The notes under the pieces: generated by a model
Told to the model about the DNA's origin: nothing
What the model saw: the letters and a program-made list of their open reading frames with translations, nothing else
The model's database searches: none
In this document: positions 26,061 to 35,900 of the stretch, in pieces
How positions within the stretch are numbered: position 1 is the stretch's first letter
Layout of the letters: every line of letters begins with the position of its first letter
Source of the DNA: Chloroflexota bacterium
GTDB taxonomy: Bacteria > Chloroflexota > Dehalococcoidia > Lucifugimonadales > HRBIN23
Assembly (NCBI GenBank): GCA_016210325.1
Contig: JACQUK010000112.1
Coordinates: forward strand, 598-64,597
Length of the DNA stretch: 64,000 nt
Direction of reading: 5' to 3'
Program-made: the position numbers and the translations under genes

Positions 26061-26840
26061 ATGGAGATGCCATCGAGCCTTCAGGGAGGGGTCTTCCTCC
26101 GTCGTCTGAACCGCTTTGCTGCCGAGGTCGAGGTGGACGGCTCCGCGGTGCTGGTCCACGTTGCCAACTCGGGGAGGATGAGGGAGCTTCTGGTGCCGGG
26201 GCGTCGCTGCTGGCTGGTGTCGCGGCCCACAGGTCGGCCCAGCACACGCAAGACGGGCTACGACCTGGCGCTGGTGCAGGTGGGGCGTATTCTGGCCTCG
26301 GCCGATGCCCGTCTGCCCAATGGCTTGGTGGCCGAAGCGGTGGAGCACGGTCGGCTGAGCGCCTTCGCTGGGTTCCGAGTGGTGCGACGGGAGGTCGTTC
26401 TGGGAGACAGCCGCATTGACCTGCTGCTCAGCAACGGGGATGCTGCCTGCTACGTGGAGGCCAAGTCGGTCACGCTGGTAGAAGGGGGCGTCGGCCTCTT
26501 CCCCGACGCCCCCACCGAGCGGGGCCGTCGCCACCTGGGCAGCCTGGCTGCGGCGGTAGCCCAGAGGCACCGCGCCGCCGTGGTCTTTGTGGTGCAGCGG
26601 GCCGACGCCGCGGCCTTCGCGCCCAACGATGCCGCAGACCCCGCCTTCGGCAAAGCCCTGCGTCAGGCGATCGCGCAAGGCGTCGAGGTCTATGCGTATT
26701 GTTGCCGGGTCACCCGGCGCAGGGTGCTCCTGGCGAAGCCGCTGCCGCTGATGCTGGAGCCCCCTAATATATATGGTGTGTCGCCGAGGGAGCGGAGCGA
26801 AAGACATGGCAGCAGTGCCAGACAGTCCTCCGACAACTGA
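26061..26840 (+). CDS. sfsA: Sugar fermentation stimulation protein SfsA
   Basis: ATG 26061 gives GGVFLRRLNRFAAEVEVDGSAVLVHVANSGRMRELL. Other motifs are DSRIDLLL, YVEAKSVTL and FPDAPTERGRRHL. Confidence 0.8.
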   Translation: MEMPSSLQGGVFLRRLNRFAAEVEVDGSAVLVHVANSGRMRELLVPGRRCWLVSRPTGRPSTRKTGYDLALVQVGRILASADARLPNGLVAEAVEHGRLSAFAGFRVVRREVVLGDSRIDLLLSNGDAACYVEAKSVTLVEGGVGLFPDAPTERGRRHLGSLAAAVAQRHRAAVVFVVQRADAAAFAPNDAADPAFGKALRQAIAQGVEVYAYCCRVTRRRVLLAKPLPLMLEPPNIYGVSPRERSERHGSSARQSSDN

Positions 26841-27687
26841 TGCCGCTGATCAGGCCGGCGCTCTGAAAGCCGGGACGGTTGCCGCCCTTCTCCTGGACGT
26901 GTACCGCCGCCTGCTGGCCGAGTACGGCCCCCAGGGTTGGTGGCCCGGCGACTCGCCATTCGAGGTGTGCGTAGGAGCGGTCCTGACACAGGCAGCGGCC
27001 TGGGGCAACGTGGAGAAAGCCATCCACGCGCTCAAGGCGGCGGAGGTCTTCTCGCCGCAGGCCCTGGATGCCCTGCCAGAGGGGACGCTGGCCCGGCTCA
27101 TTCGCCCCTCCGGTTACTTCAACGCCAAAGCCAGGAAGCTCAAGGCATTCGTCGCCCACCTGCGGGAGCGGTATGGCTACCACCTGGACGCGATGCTAGC
27201 GCAGGATGCCCAGACCTTGCGGCAGGAGCTGCTTTCTCTCTACGGCATCGGCGAGGAGACGGCGGACGACATTGTGCTGTATGCGGCGGGCAAGTCTGTC
27301 TTCGTCATTGACGCCTATACCCGGCGCATCGTGGAGCGGCTGGGCTTGGCCCCCGAGATGCAAAGCTACCAGGGCTATCAGGGGCTCTTCATGCAGCACC
27401 TCCCGCCCGATGCAGGCCTGTTCAATGAGTACCATGCCCTGCTCGTGCGGCACGGCAAGGGGGTGTGCCAACCGGCGCCGCGGTGCGAGACCTGCTGCCT
27501 GGTGGCCGTCTGTGCCACAGGGAGGCAGCGCCGGGAACCTGGAGCGCCACTCGCTGAAGCAGGGGACCTCAGGGGCGCGCCACTTCTCGAGGCAGCCAGC
27601 ACAGGAGGAAGGCAACCAACGAAAAGCCGGCGGCCAGGAAAAAGGCCGACTCCAGGGAGCCGGTCAAGTCCAGCAGGCGACCGCTAA
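26806..27687 (+). CDS. Endonuclease III-like HhH-GPD base-excision DNA repair protein with a 4Fe-4S Cys cluster
   Basis: WWPGDSPFEVCVGAVLTQAAAW, LYGIGEETADDIVLYA and CQPAPRCETCCLVAVC. A low-complexity C-terminal tail overlaps the convergent MFS gene. Confidence 0.7.
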   Translation: MAAVPDSPPTTDAADQAGALKAGTVAALLLDVYRRLLAEYGPQGWWPGDSPFEVCVGAVLTQAAAWGNVEKAIHALKAAEVFSPQALDALPEGTLARLIRPSGYFNAKARKLKAFVAHLRERYGYHLDAMLAQDAQTLRQELLSLYGIGEETADDIVLYAAGKSVFVIDAYTRRIVERLGLAPEMQSYQGYQGLFMQHLPPDAGLFNEYHALLVRHGKGVCQPAPRCETCCLVAVCATGRQRREPGAPLAEAGDLRGAPLLEAASTGGRQPTKSRRPGKRPTPGSRSSPAGDR

Positions 27688-28807
27688 CGATGGGCGCCAC
27701 GATGGAGCTGGCGATACCGAAGGCGTTCATCACCGCGATAGCGGTGCCGATGGTGGCCCGGGAAGAATGCAGGGCCAGGTCTCCGGCCCAGGATACCATG
27801 AGGGGGTTCAAGGAGAGGGCGCCGGTGAGGCCAAAGAGTCCCAGGGACGCCATCAGCCCCAGGCGGCCATGCACCAGGCCAATCCCCACCAGGGCTAGGG
27901 CGCACACCGGAAGCAGCGCCACGAAGACCCGCCTCCTGCCCACCCGGTCGGACAGCCTGCCCCAGGCTAGCGCGCCCACGATGGTTGGCAGGGCCACCAC
28001 GGCGGTGTACAGACCAGACTGCTTGAGGTCCAGGCCCCGCTCGTTGTACAGGAAGCTGGGCGCCCAGGTCAACACCACCCACTGGCTCCACGTGGCGAAG
28101 AAGCCCACCATGCTCAGTGCAATGAGGTCTCGGTTGGCAAGCACGGTAGCCAGCCCGCTTCCCTTTGCCCGTGGCGGGGCCTTGGTGCGCGCGGGGATGA
28201 CTGCGATGAACAGCAGCGCCATGGCCATGGTGGGCACCGCCATGACGCGGAAGGGCACCCGCCAGGCCTGCCACAGCTCAAACAGGACTCCCCCCAGCAC
28301 CAGTCCCAGGGCCAACCCGGCGGCCATGCCGCTGGTGACTATCGCTGCGCTGATGCCGCGCCGGGAGGCTGGCACGGTGCTAACGGTGATGCCGTAGGAA
28401 GTCGAGTAGTAGGCGCCCGCTCCGAAGGCGTGGAGGGCGATGAACACCAGAAGGACCGGGTAGCTCGCCGAGAGGGACCCCACCGCCAGGACGCCGATGC
28501 CGGCGATGAGGTACATAGCCACCAGCACCCGCTTTAGCCCAATCCTGTCGCCTATCACACCGGACGGGACCTGCAACGCGACATAAACGGCGAAGTACGT
28601 GCTGGCGATTGCCCCCCGCTGCGCTCCCGAGAGGCCAAACTCCTCGCCGATAACGGGGAGTAGCGGGTACAGGATGGTCCGGTCCAGGTAGATGACTGTC
28701 CAGCCCAGTGCCAGGGAAGCAATCACCAAGACCAGACGGGCTGGAGAATACCCAAGCGGCGCAGAGGAGCCCTCTGCTGGTGCTAGCTGTCGCGGTCTTG
28801 AGGCCAC
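27569..28807 (-). CDS. MFS transporter
   Basis: About 12 hydrophobic segments, with the MFS loop motif GVIGDRIGLKRV and GRLSDRVGRRRV. Confidence 0.85.
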   Translation of the reverse strand: MASRPRQLAPAEGSSAPLGYSPARLVLVIASLALGWTVIYLDRTILYPLLPVIGEEFGLSGAQRGAIASTYFAVYVALQVPSGVIGDRIGLKRVLVAMYLIAGIGVLAVGSLSASYPVLLVFIALHAFGAGAYYSTSYGITVSTVPASRRGISAAIVTSGMAAGLALGLVLGGVLFELWQAWRVPFRVMAVPTMAMALLFIAVIPARTKAPPRAKGSGLATVLANRDLIALSMVGFFATWSQWVVLTWAPSFLYNERGLDLKQSGLYTAVVALPTIVGALAWGRLSDRVGRRRVFVALLPVCALALVGIGLVHGRLGLMASLGLFGLTGALSLNPLMVSWAGDLALHSSRATIGTAIAVMNAFGIASSIVAPIVSGRLLDLTGSLESAFFLAAGFSLVAFLLCWLPREVARP

Positions 28808-28859
28808 TGGTGCCGGTACCTTTCCCTTACGGGTGTGCTGGCGTCATTGCCTCTCTTGG

Positions 28860-29005
28860 CTAGTCCCTACTTGCTGAAAAGGGCGCCATAAACAACCGCT
28901 CGTGGTGAGCCTGTCGAACCATGAGCGGGTCACTCTTCGACAAGCTCAGGGTGAGCGGGGTCGGGTAGGGCCATGCGTACGCGGATTTACGGAACTAAGT
29001 ACTCG
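28860..29005. repeat. Family A MITE-like element, full copy
   Basis: Collinear with 24699-24844: CTAGT..CTTGCTGAAAAGGGCGCCATAAACAACCGCTCGTGGTGAGCCTGTCGAACCATGAGCGGG...TTCGACAAGCTCAGGGTGAGCGGGG...AACTAAGTACT. Confidence 0.75.
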
Positions 29006-29146
29006 TCCCTTTTTACAGCCCACAGGGTAGTTGCCCCACTATATCCGCTGGCAGCGCTGCCGACAAGGGACGTTCCTTGGCGAGGACGTCCCTGAACGTT
29101 GGCCCTCCTCCCGCGGCGAGCGGGTCCCTGAGGGCGAAGGGACTGC

Positions 29147-29210
29147 GCTGAGGGGCTTCGCCCCTCAGCCTCCCCTTGAGGTACGAGGAACGATAACCGA
29201 GGAACCTGAG
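29147..29210. repeat. Dispersed repeat, family C
   Basis: The hairpin CTGAGGGGC-ttc-GCCCCTCAG followed by CCTCCCCTTGAGGTACGAGGAACGATAACCGA matches 15109-15172. Confidence 0.6.
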
Positions 29211-29350
29211 ACTGTGATGGTAAGGCTTGCAAGACCTGTATCTGGTGACCAGACTGCGGGCTGTGAGAACAGGGGCCAGAAAATGCGATAAAAAAACTCC
29301 ATTATCTAACCCTCGTCTAACGTTGGTAGCTGTGAATTTAACAGAATGGC

Positions 29351-29379
29351 TTGACGGGGGATGTGCCCTGTGCTAGACT
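29351..29379 (+). promoter_or_regulatory. Candidate sigma-70 promoter of giant gene 1
   Basis: TTGACG (29351-56), a 17-nt spacer, then TAGACT (29374-79). An unusually AT-rich stretch (29281-29345) precedes it. The GGCTTGAC context also occurs at the gene-3 promoter. Confidence 0.4.
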
Positions 29380-29928
29380 GCGGCAGCGTTTTGGGTTCTA
29401 CTTGCCGGATTCATTAAGGCAAGTAGGCGCTGTTCGGGCCACCAGAAAGAGCGGCCAGGCCCCCGAGGCTGAAAAGAGAAGTGGATAGCGGGCTAAGCCG
29501 GTTGAGGGCCTTGGTGCAAGTAGGCCGACTTCTGGGAACAGCGCAAGGCTCAGCGGTCCCGAAACCTTGAGCGGGGGGATGTTCTGCTGGCTGCTGAAAG
29601 AAGTCAGAAAGGGCTGCTCGCTGTAGGCAAGGGCCGGTGCCGCTCATGCTGGGTAAGACGGGGACACAGCTATCGTCGAGTCGTGGCGGCCGCTCTGGAG
29701 CTATCGTCGTCTCATTTCCCTAGCACCTCTCGTGGAGGAACGCGGAGGCCTGGCCTCTCCTGTACTCCGCCGAGAGCGCCCAGGACCACTGAAGGCGGCC
29801 CGGTTGAACACGGCTCACTGTGCTATCCCCTCGCCCAGGGTGTAGGAGCCTGCGTGGTGTGAAAGGCCTAATGGTGATGGACACCCCGCGCGGTACCGGA
29901 AGAAGCCCGCTCCCTGGGAGCGTGTGAG
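29380..29928 (+). promoter_or_regulatory. Long (about 550 nt) putatively structured 5' leader of giant gene 1
   Basis: Perfect 9-bp hairpin CTACTTGCC / GGCAAGTAG (29398-29426). Long-range 9-bp pairing GCGCTGTTC (29427-35) / GAACAGCGC (29536-44). Direct repeat AGCTATCGTCG at about 29669 and 29699. No convincing ORF. Confidence 0.3.
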
Positions 29929-32900
29929 TTGTTGTGGAAAGTACTTAGCGCGAAAAGCCAGGTGACGCTGGGCCTCCTGGTGGCACTGAGTGTTGTCGGT
30001 GCGTTGCTTCTCCTGTCTCGCTCGGCACAGGCGTTGCGCCTCACCGTAGACAACCTGCCTGGCTCCGTCTCCAGCGGCAACCTTCTGGACTTCGACCTCA
30101 CGGCCGAGTTCGAGGCTGGCGACCTCGTCCCCTTCCAGGAGTTCCGTCTGGACATCCTGGGTCCTAGCCCCATCATTGCACGCTTCCGCTTCGATGGTAC
30201 GGTCCTGGTCAAAGACCCTGCTGTCGTCTCGATCACCAGTGTGCCGACGCCCTGTTTTACCTTTGGCTATGGGTACCGTTTCGCTCAGACACCGGACGAC
30301 AACGGTAACGGGAAGCCGCCCTTTGGGATACCTGGTGCTGGGGAGGACAACCTCCACAGGGAAAGCTTTGGCTACGGCTTTGGGTTTGGCTACGGCTATG
30401 GTTACGGGTATTCGCCGGTCCCACCGTGTTCGGTTAAGTTCCACGTGGTCGTAGACACCAGTGTAGGCCCGATGGAGCCGGGTGACTACGAGGTGCGTTT
30501 CAGTTGGGCTACAGGCATGCCCAACAAGCCCACGTTTGATGCTGCCCCTGGCCACTTTACTATTGTGGGTGGGGTCCTCACGGCCGATTTTGAAAACGTG
30601 CCTGACCGCGGGGTCGCGCCGCTGGACGTGCAGTTCACGGACAGGTCAGTGCCCGTGGGACAGATCACCGATTGGGCCTGGACCTTCTTCGAGGACCTCA
30701 ATGGCAACAACGTCCCCGATCCTGGCGAGGTCCTGGGCCTGAGCACTCTCCAGGACCCCCTGATGCACTTCGACCAGGGCGGCGACATTTCGGTCCGCCT
30801 GCGCGTCAGCAACGGGCCGGTCACTGACACCGTCATCCACATCAACGCTGTGCGTATCCTTGAACTGGCCGACATCCTGGCCAACGGTTCCAGCGCTCCC
30901 GTCACCGTGGCCGCTGGCGATACCGTCAACTTCACGGGCATCACCCGGGGCGCCGTCACCGCCTACTCCTGGGACCTAGACGGCGACGGGATTGCGGATA
31001 GCACTGATGCCAGCCCGTCCCATGTGTACACCCAGGCCGGCACCTATGACGTCAGCCTGAGAGTCCTTGGCTTCGATGGTGTGCTGACTGACACACTGGT
31101 GAAGGCTGGCTTCGTGAACGTCAACCCGGGCCAGCTTACCGAGGTCGTCGTTACGCCGCCGGCCGCGACAACTCAGGTAGCGGGCGCGGGAGTGCAGTTC
31201 AGCGCCCAAGCGCGCGACCAGTTTGGCAACGTGTTCCCGCCTGGTGTCCTGCCCCTGGCCTGGAGCCTTGACGAGGCAGACACTGGCGGGGCCGCTGTGG
31301 ACCAGACAGGGTTCTTTGCCCCGGGCACCGGGGCGCGAGTCCTCACGGTGCGGGCGACGGCAACCCAGAATGGCGTGGAGCGGTCCGGCACGGCCCGGGT
31401 CACTGTGGAGCCGGGGCCGCTGGACCGGGTGGATGTGACGCCGAATCCCGCCGTTGTGCCCGTGCAGGGCCAGCAGCAGTTTGCCGCCGCAGGCTTTGAC
31501 GCCTTCAACAACCCTATCCCTGGCCTGGCCTTCGCCTGGGAACTGGTGAACGGCCCGCCGGATGGGGCCCTGGACCAGAGCGGTCTCTTCACGGCCGGCA
31601 CTACGTCGGGGACCTTCAACAACACCGTCCAGGCAACGGCCACCTACAAGGGTTCCACAAGGTCCGGTGCCGCCACGGTGATTATCCCGGCGGGGCCGCT
31701 GTCCAGAGTGGTAGTGACACCCCCTGCCGCAGTGACTGAGGTAGCCGGAGCGCAGGTGCAGTTCACGGCCAGGGCTGAAGACGAGCTTGGCAACCCGCTG
31801 GACCTGCCTTTCTTCTGGGAGATTGTCGAGGCGGACCGGGGTGGTGCCAGCATAGACCAGGCTGGTAGGTTCACGCCGGGCACCGGGGCGCGAGTCCTCA
31901 CAGTGCGCGCGACGGCGACGCAGGATGGTGTGGTGCGGTCGGGCACGGCCCAGGTCACCGTGGAGCCGGGGCCGCTGGACCAGGTCACCGTAACCCCCGA
32001 CCCCGTGTCTCTGCGTATCAACGAACAGCGGCAGTTCGCCGCGGCCGGGTCCGATGCCTTTGGCAACCCTATACCTGGCCTGGCCTTCGCCTGGGCGCTA
32101 GTGAACGGCCCCCCTGATGGGTCGCTAGACCAGACTGGACTGTTCACGGCTGGCACGACGGTGGGGACCTTCAACAATACGGTCCGGGCTATGGCCACTT
32201 ACAAGGGGTCAACCAAGTCCGACGCTGCCACGGTGACCGTCCTGCCTGGGCCGCTGGACCACGTGGTGATTGACCCCAAGGTCAAGACACTACGGGTCCG
32301 GGAGACCCACCTGTTTACGGCGCAGGCCTTCGACCAGGCCAATAACCCCATCCAGGGGCTGGTGCCGCAGTGGACTGGCCTGGCTGGTGGCACGGTGGAC
32401 CAGAATGGGCTCTTCACCGCCGGCACAGTGGCGGGGACCTTCGACCCGGCCGTGCAGGTCTGCATGACCCAGAATGGGACCACGAAGTGCGACACCGCCA
32501 AGGTTGTCGTGCAGCCGGGCCCACTCGTCCAGGTAGTCGTCACCCCTGACCCTGGTGAGACCGATGTGCTTGGACAGATCCAGTTCTCAGCCCAGGGCAA
32601 GGACCAGTTTGGCAACGTCATCCAGGAGGGCCTAGCGCCCTTCCAGTGGTCCGTGGTGGGGAGCCCGGTACCGGGCACCATTGACGGGAACACTGGCCTG
32701 TTCACTGCCGGACAGGTGGCAGGCTTCTTCCTAGACGCCATCCGGGCCCAGACCCAGGGGGCGAGCGGGGGACCGGTGGCTGGAACCGCTGACGTGGTCA
32801 TCAGGGCAGGCCGGCTGACCACCCTGGATGTCATGCCCGATGACGCCATCGTGCCACTGCTTGGCACCAACCAGTTCGTGGCAGTGGCCCGTGACCAGTT

Positions 32901-35900
32901 CGGCAACCTGTTTGGGCCTGAACTGACCATCGTATGGGAGATCCTGGAGCCTGATAGCGACACTGTGCTACAGCCGGTGGAGCCAGGAAACCCACTGCTC
33001 CAGCAGTTCATGGTGGGGACCAAGGCAGGTACTGTCCACGTTCGGGCTACTGCCACCAAGGGTGCTGACGTCCTGTCTGACACCAGCACGGTGACCATAC
33101 CGCCGGACCCACTGGACGGAGTGGTCTTCGAGCCTGACCCACTAGCGGTGAGTGTGAACCAACAGGCGCAGGTGACCGGCAACCCCGTTGACCAGTACGG
33201 CAACGTGATCCCCGGCATCCCGGTCACCCTGTTTGGCGAGAACCTTCCATCTGACGGTATCTTCGACCCCGCGACGGGCATCTTCACCGCCGGTTCGCAG
33301 ATGGGCCTGTTCCCGAAGGCGTTCAAGGGTGAGGCGACGGAACACGGTTGGCGTGGCGCGCTACAGGGCGCGGCTGGCCTCAATGCCGTGTTCTTCACTG
33401 ACGCTTCCACAGGCTGGGCTGTGGGCAACGGCGGCCTCATCCTGCACACGGAGGACGGCGGCCGGAGCTGGGGTGTGCAGTCCAGCGGCACCACAGAAGA
33501 CCTGCATGGCGTCTCGTTTGCCAATGCCTCAGAGGGGCACGCCGTAGGCGCCAACGGCACCATCCTGACGACGGTGGACGGCGGCGAACGCTGGATGCCG
33601 CAGGCGCCTCCCGCTGGGATGGTGGACTCCTTCTTTGATGTGTTCTTCACTGACGCCTCCACCGGCGTCGCGGTGGGGACTAACGGCGCCATCATCACTA
33701 CCCAGGACGGTGGGGCCACCTGGCAGGCCCAGCAGAGCGGCGTGACGACAACGCTGCGGGGCGTCTACCTGACGGACTCCTCGACCGGCTACGCCGTGGG
33801 CGACAACGGGACCTTTGTGAAGACAACCCAGGGCGGCGCCGAATGGAAGCCTGAAGACTTGCCTGAGGGCATACCCGCCGACTCCTTCTTCGATGTCTTC
33901 TTCACCGATTCTTCGACCGGGTGGGTAGTAGGGGCCAACGGCGCCATCATCCACACCGAGGATGGTGGGGCCACCTGGCAGGCCCAGCAGAGCGGAGTGA
34001 ACGGGACGCTGCGGGGCGTGCACATGACCGATGCCTCCACCGGCTGGGCGGTGGGCGACAACGGGACGGTTCTGACGACTGTGAACGGTGGTGCCAATTG
34101 GACGCCAGAGGCGCCGCCGCCCGGTGTGGCTGCCGAATCGTTCTTCGATGTGTTCTTCACTGATGCCTCAACAGGCTGGGCCGTGGGCAGCCGGATCACC
34201 ATCATTGCCCGGGCCTCCCCGTGGGCCATCCAGCTCACGGCGATTGACCTGCGTGGTGCAGACTGCGTCAACGGGCTGATCTGCTGGGCCGTCGGCCTCA
34301 AGGGCCAGGCCCTCCACACCACGGACGGTGGCGTGAGCTTCTCGGCTCTGAACACGGGGACCGAAGATGACCTGCTGGCAGTGGACTTTGTGGACGCACA
34401 GCACGGTTGGGCTGTGGGCGCCAATGGGACAGTCCTTAAGGCCATTGATGGCGGCGCAACCTGGCAGCTTCAGGCCAGCAACACGGCCGTGACGCTGCGC
34501 GGGGTGAGCTTCGTGGACGCCCAGCGTGGCTGGGTTGTGGGCGAGGGTGGCACGGTCCTGGCCACGGCCGACGGCGGTGCGACTTGGGCGCCTCAGGGAA
34601 GCGGGATTGGCAGCCCGCTGAACGGTGTCTACTTTGTGGACGCTCAAAAGGGCTGGGTGGTTGGGGATGGCGGCGTCATCCTGGCGACGGCGAATGGTGG
34701 CAACACCTGGACAACGCAAGTCAGTGGCACGGGCCAGGCGCTGCGGGCGGTCCAGATGGTCTCTGCCACCAAGGGCTGGGCTGTGGGCGCCAGCGGCACG
34801 ATCTTGGCAACTGCCGATGGCGGCAGCAACTGGGCGGCCCAGGCCAGCGGCACAGTGGCAGGCCTCAACGACCTGTTCTTCCTGGATGACACTACAGGGT
34901 GGGCTGTGGGCACTGGTGGCACGGTGCTGCACACGGGCGATGGCCTGGCTTGGGCGGCGCAGGCCAGTGGCACCACAGCAGACCTCTACGCGGTGACCGG
35001 TGGCGGGCTGAGCCCGGCTGTGTACCTCTTCGCTTTTGGCGATAGCAGCACTGCGCTGCGGTATGGCCGCTTTGCCTGGGGCTATGGGGACCTGAGGGTT
35101 CTGGGCGAGTTGGCGCGGGTGGTGGTGACGCCGGCGGAGGCGACCACGGAGGCGGGTGGCGCGGCGGTCCAGTTCTCGGCGCAAGGCCAGGACGCGGGCG
35201 GCAACGTCTTGGACGTGCCCATCGTGTGGAGCATAGACGAGGCAGACGCTGGCGGGTCCCAAGTTGACCAGACTGGTCTGTTCACGCCGGGGACCAAGGC
35301 GGGGACGTACACCGTCCGGGCCACTGCTACCCAGGACGACATTGTGAAGTCCGGTACCGCCCGGGCCACGGTGAACCCGGGGCCGCTGGCCGAAGTGGTG
35401 GTAACGCCGGCGGAGGCAACCACGGAGGCGGGTGGCGCAGCGGTCCAGTTCTCGGCGCAGGCCAAGGACGCTTTTGGCAACGTTCTGGGTGTGCCTCTCG
35501 TCTGGAGCATTGACGAGGCGGACACCGGCGGAGCCAGCGTTGACCAGAACGGGCTGTTCACGCCAGGGGCGGGTGCCCGGGTGCTGACTGTGCGCGCTGA
35601 GGCGAGCCAGAACGGCATCGTCAGGTCTGGCACTGCCCAGGTGCGAGTGGAGCCGGGCCCGTTGGCCCGCGTGGACGTGACCCCCAACCCGGTCACGCTG
35701 CGGGTCCAGGGACAGCAGCAGTTCGGCGCAGCCGGTTTCGACGCTCTCAACAACCCGATACCGGGCCTGGCGTTTACTTGGCTGCTGGTGAATGGGCCGG
35801 CGGATGGGTCCTTGAGCGCGGCGGGGCTGTTGCATGCGGGGACCACCCCAGGGACGTTTACGAACACGGTGCAGGCGACGGCGACCTTCAAGGGTGCCAC

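Noticed and set aside
25962-26807. N-terminal 282 codons of ORF-track entry 25116-26807 (563 aa), which would give a much longer PyrF.
   Set aside because: - PyrF similarity begins at LSTFRQKLLAAMEAN.
- A TTG at 25961 has a GGGAGG RBS.
- The upstream part is antisense to sfsA, which has clear family motifs.
29380-29928. The leader was compared with known structured RNAs: RNase P, tmRNA, SRP RNA, 6S RNA, and cobalamin and c-di-GMP riboswitches.
   Set aside because: - I could not find the diagnostic conserved strings by eye, such as GAGGAAAGTCC for RNase P, a tRNA-like CCA end with a tag ORF for tmRNA, or the B12 box.
- I report it only as an unexplained structured leader.
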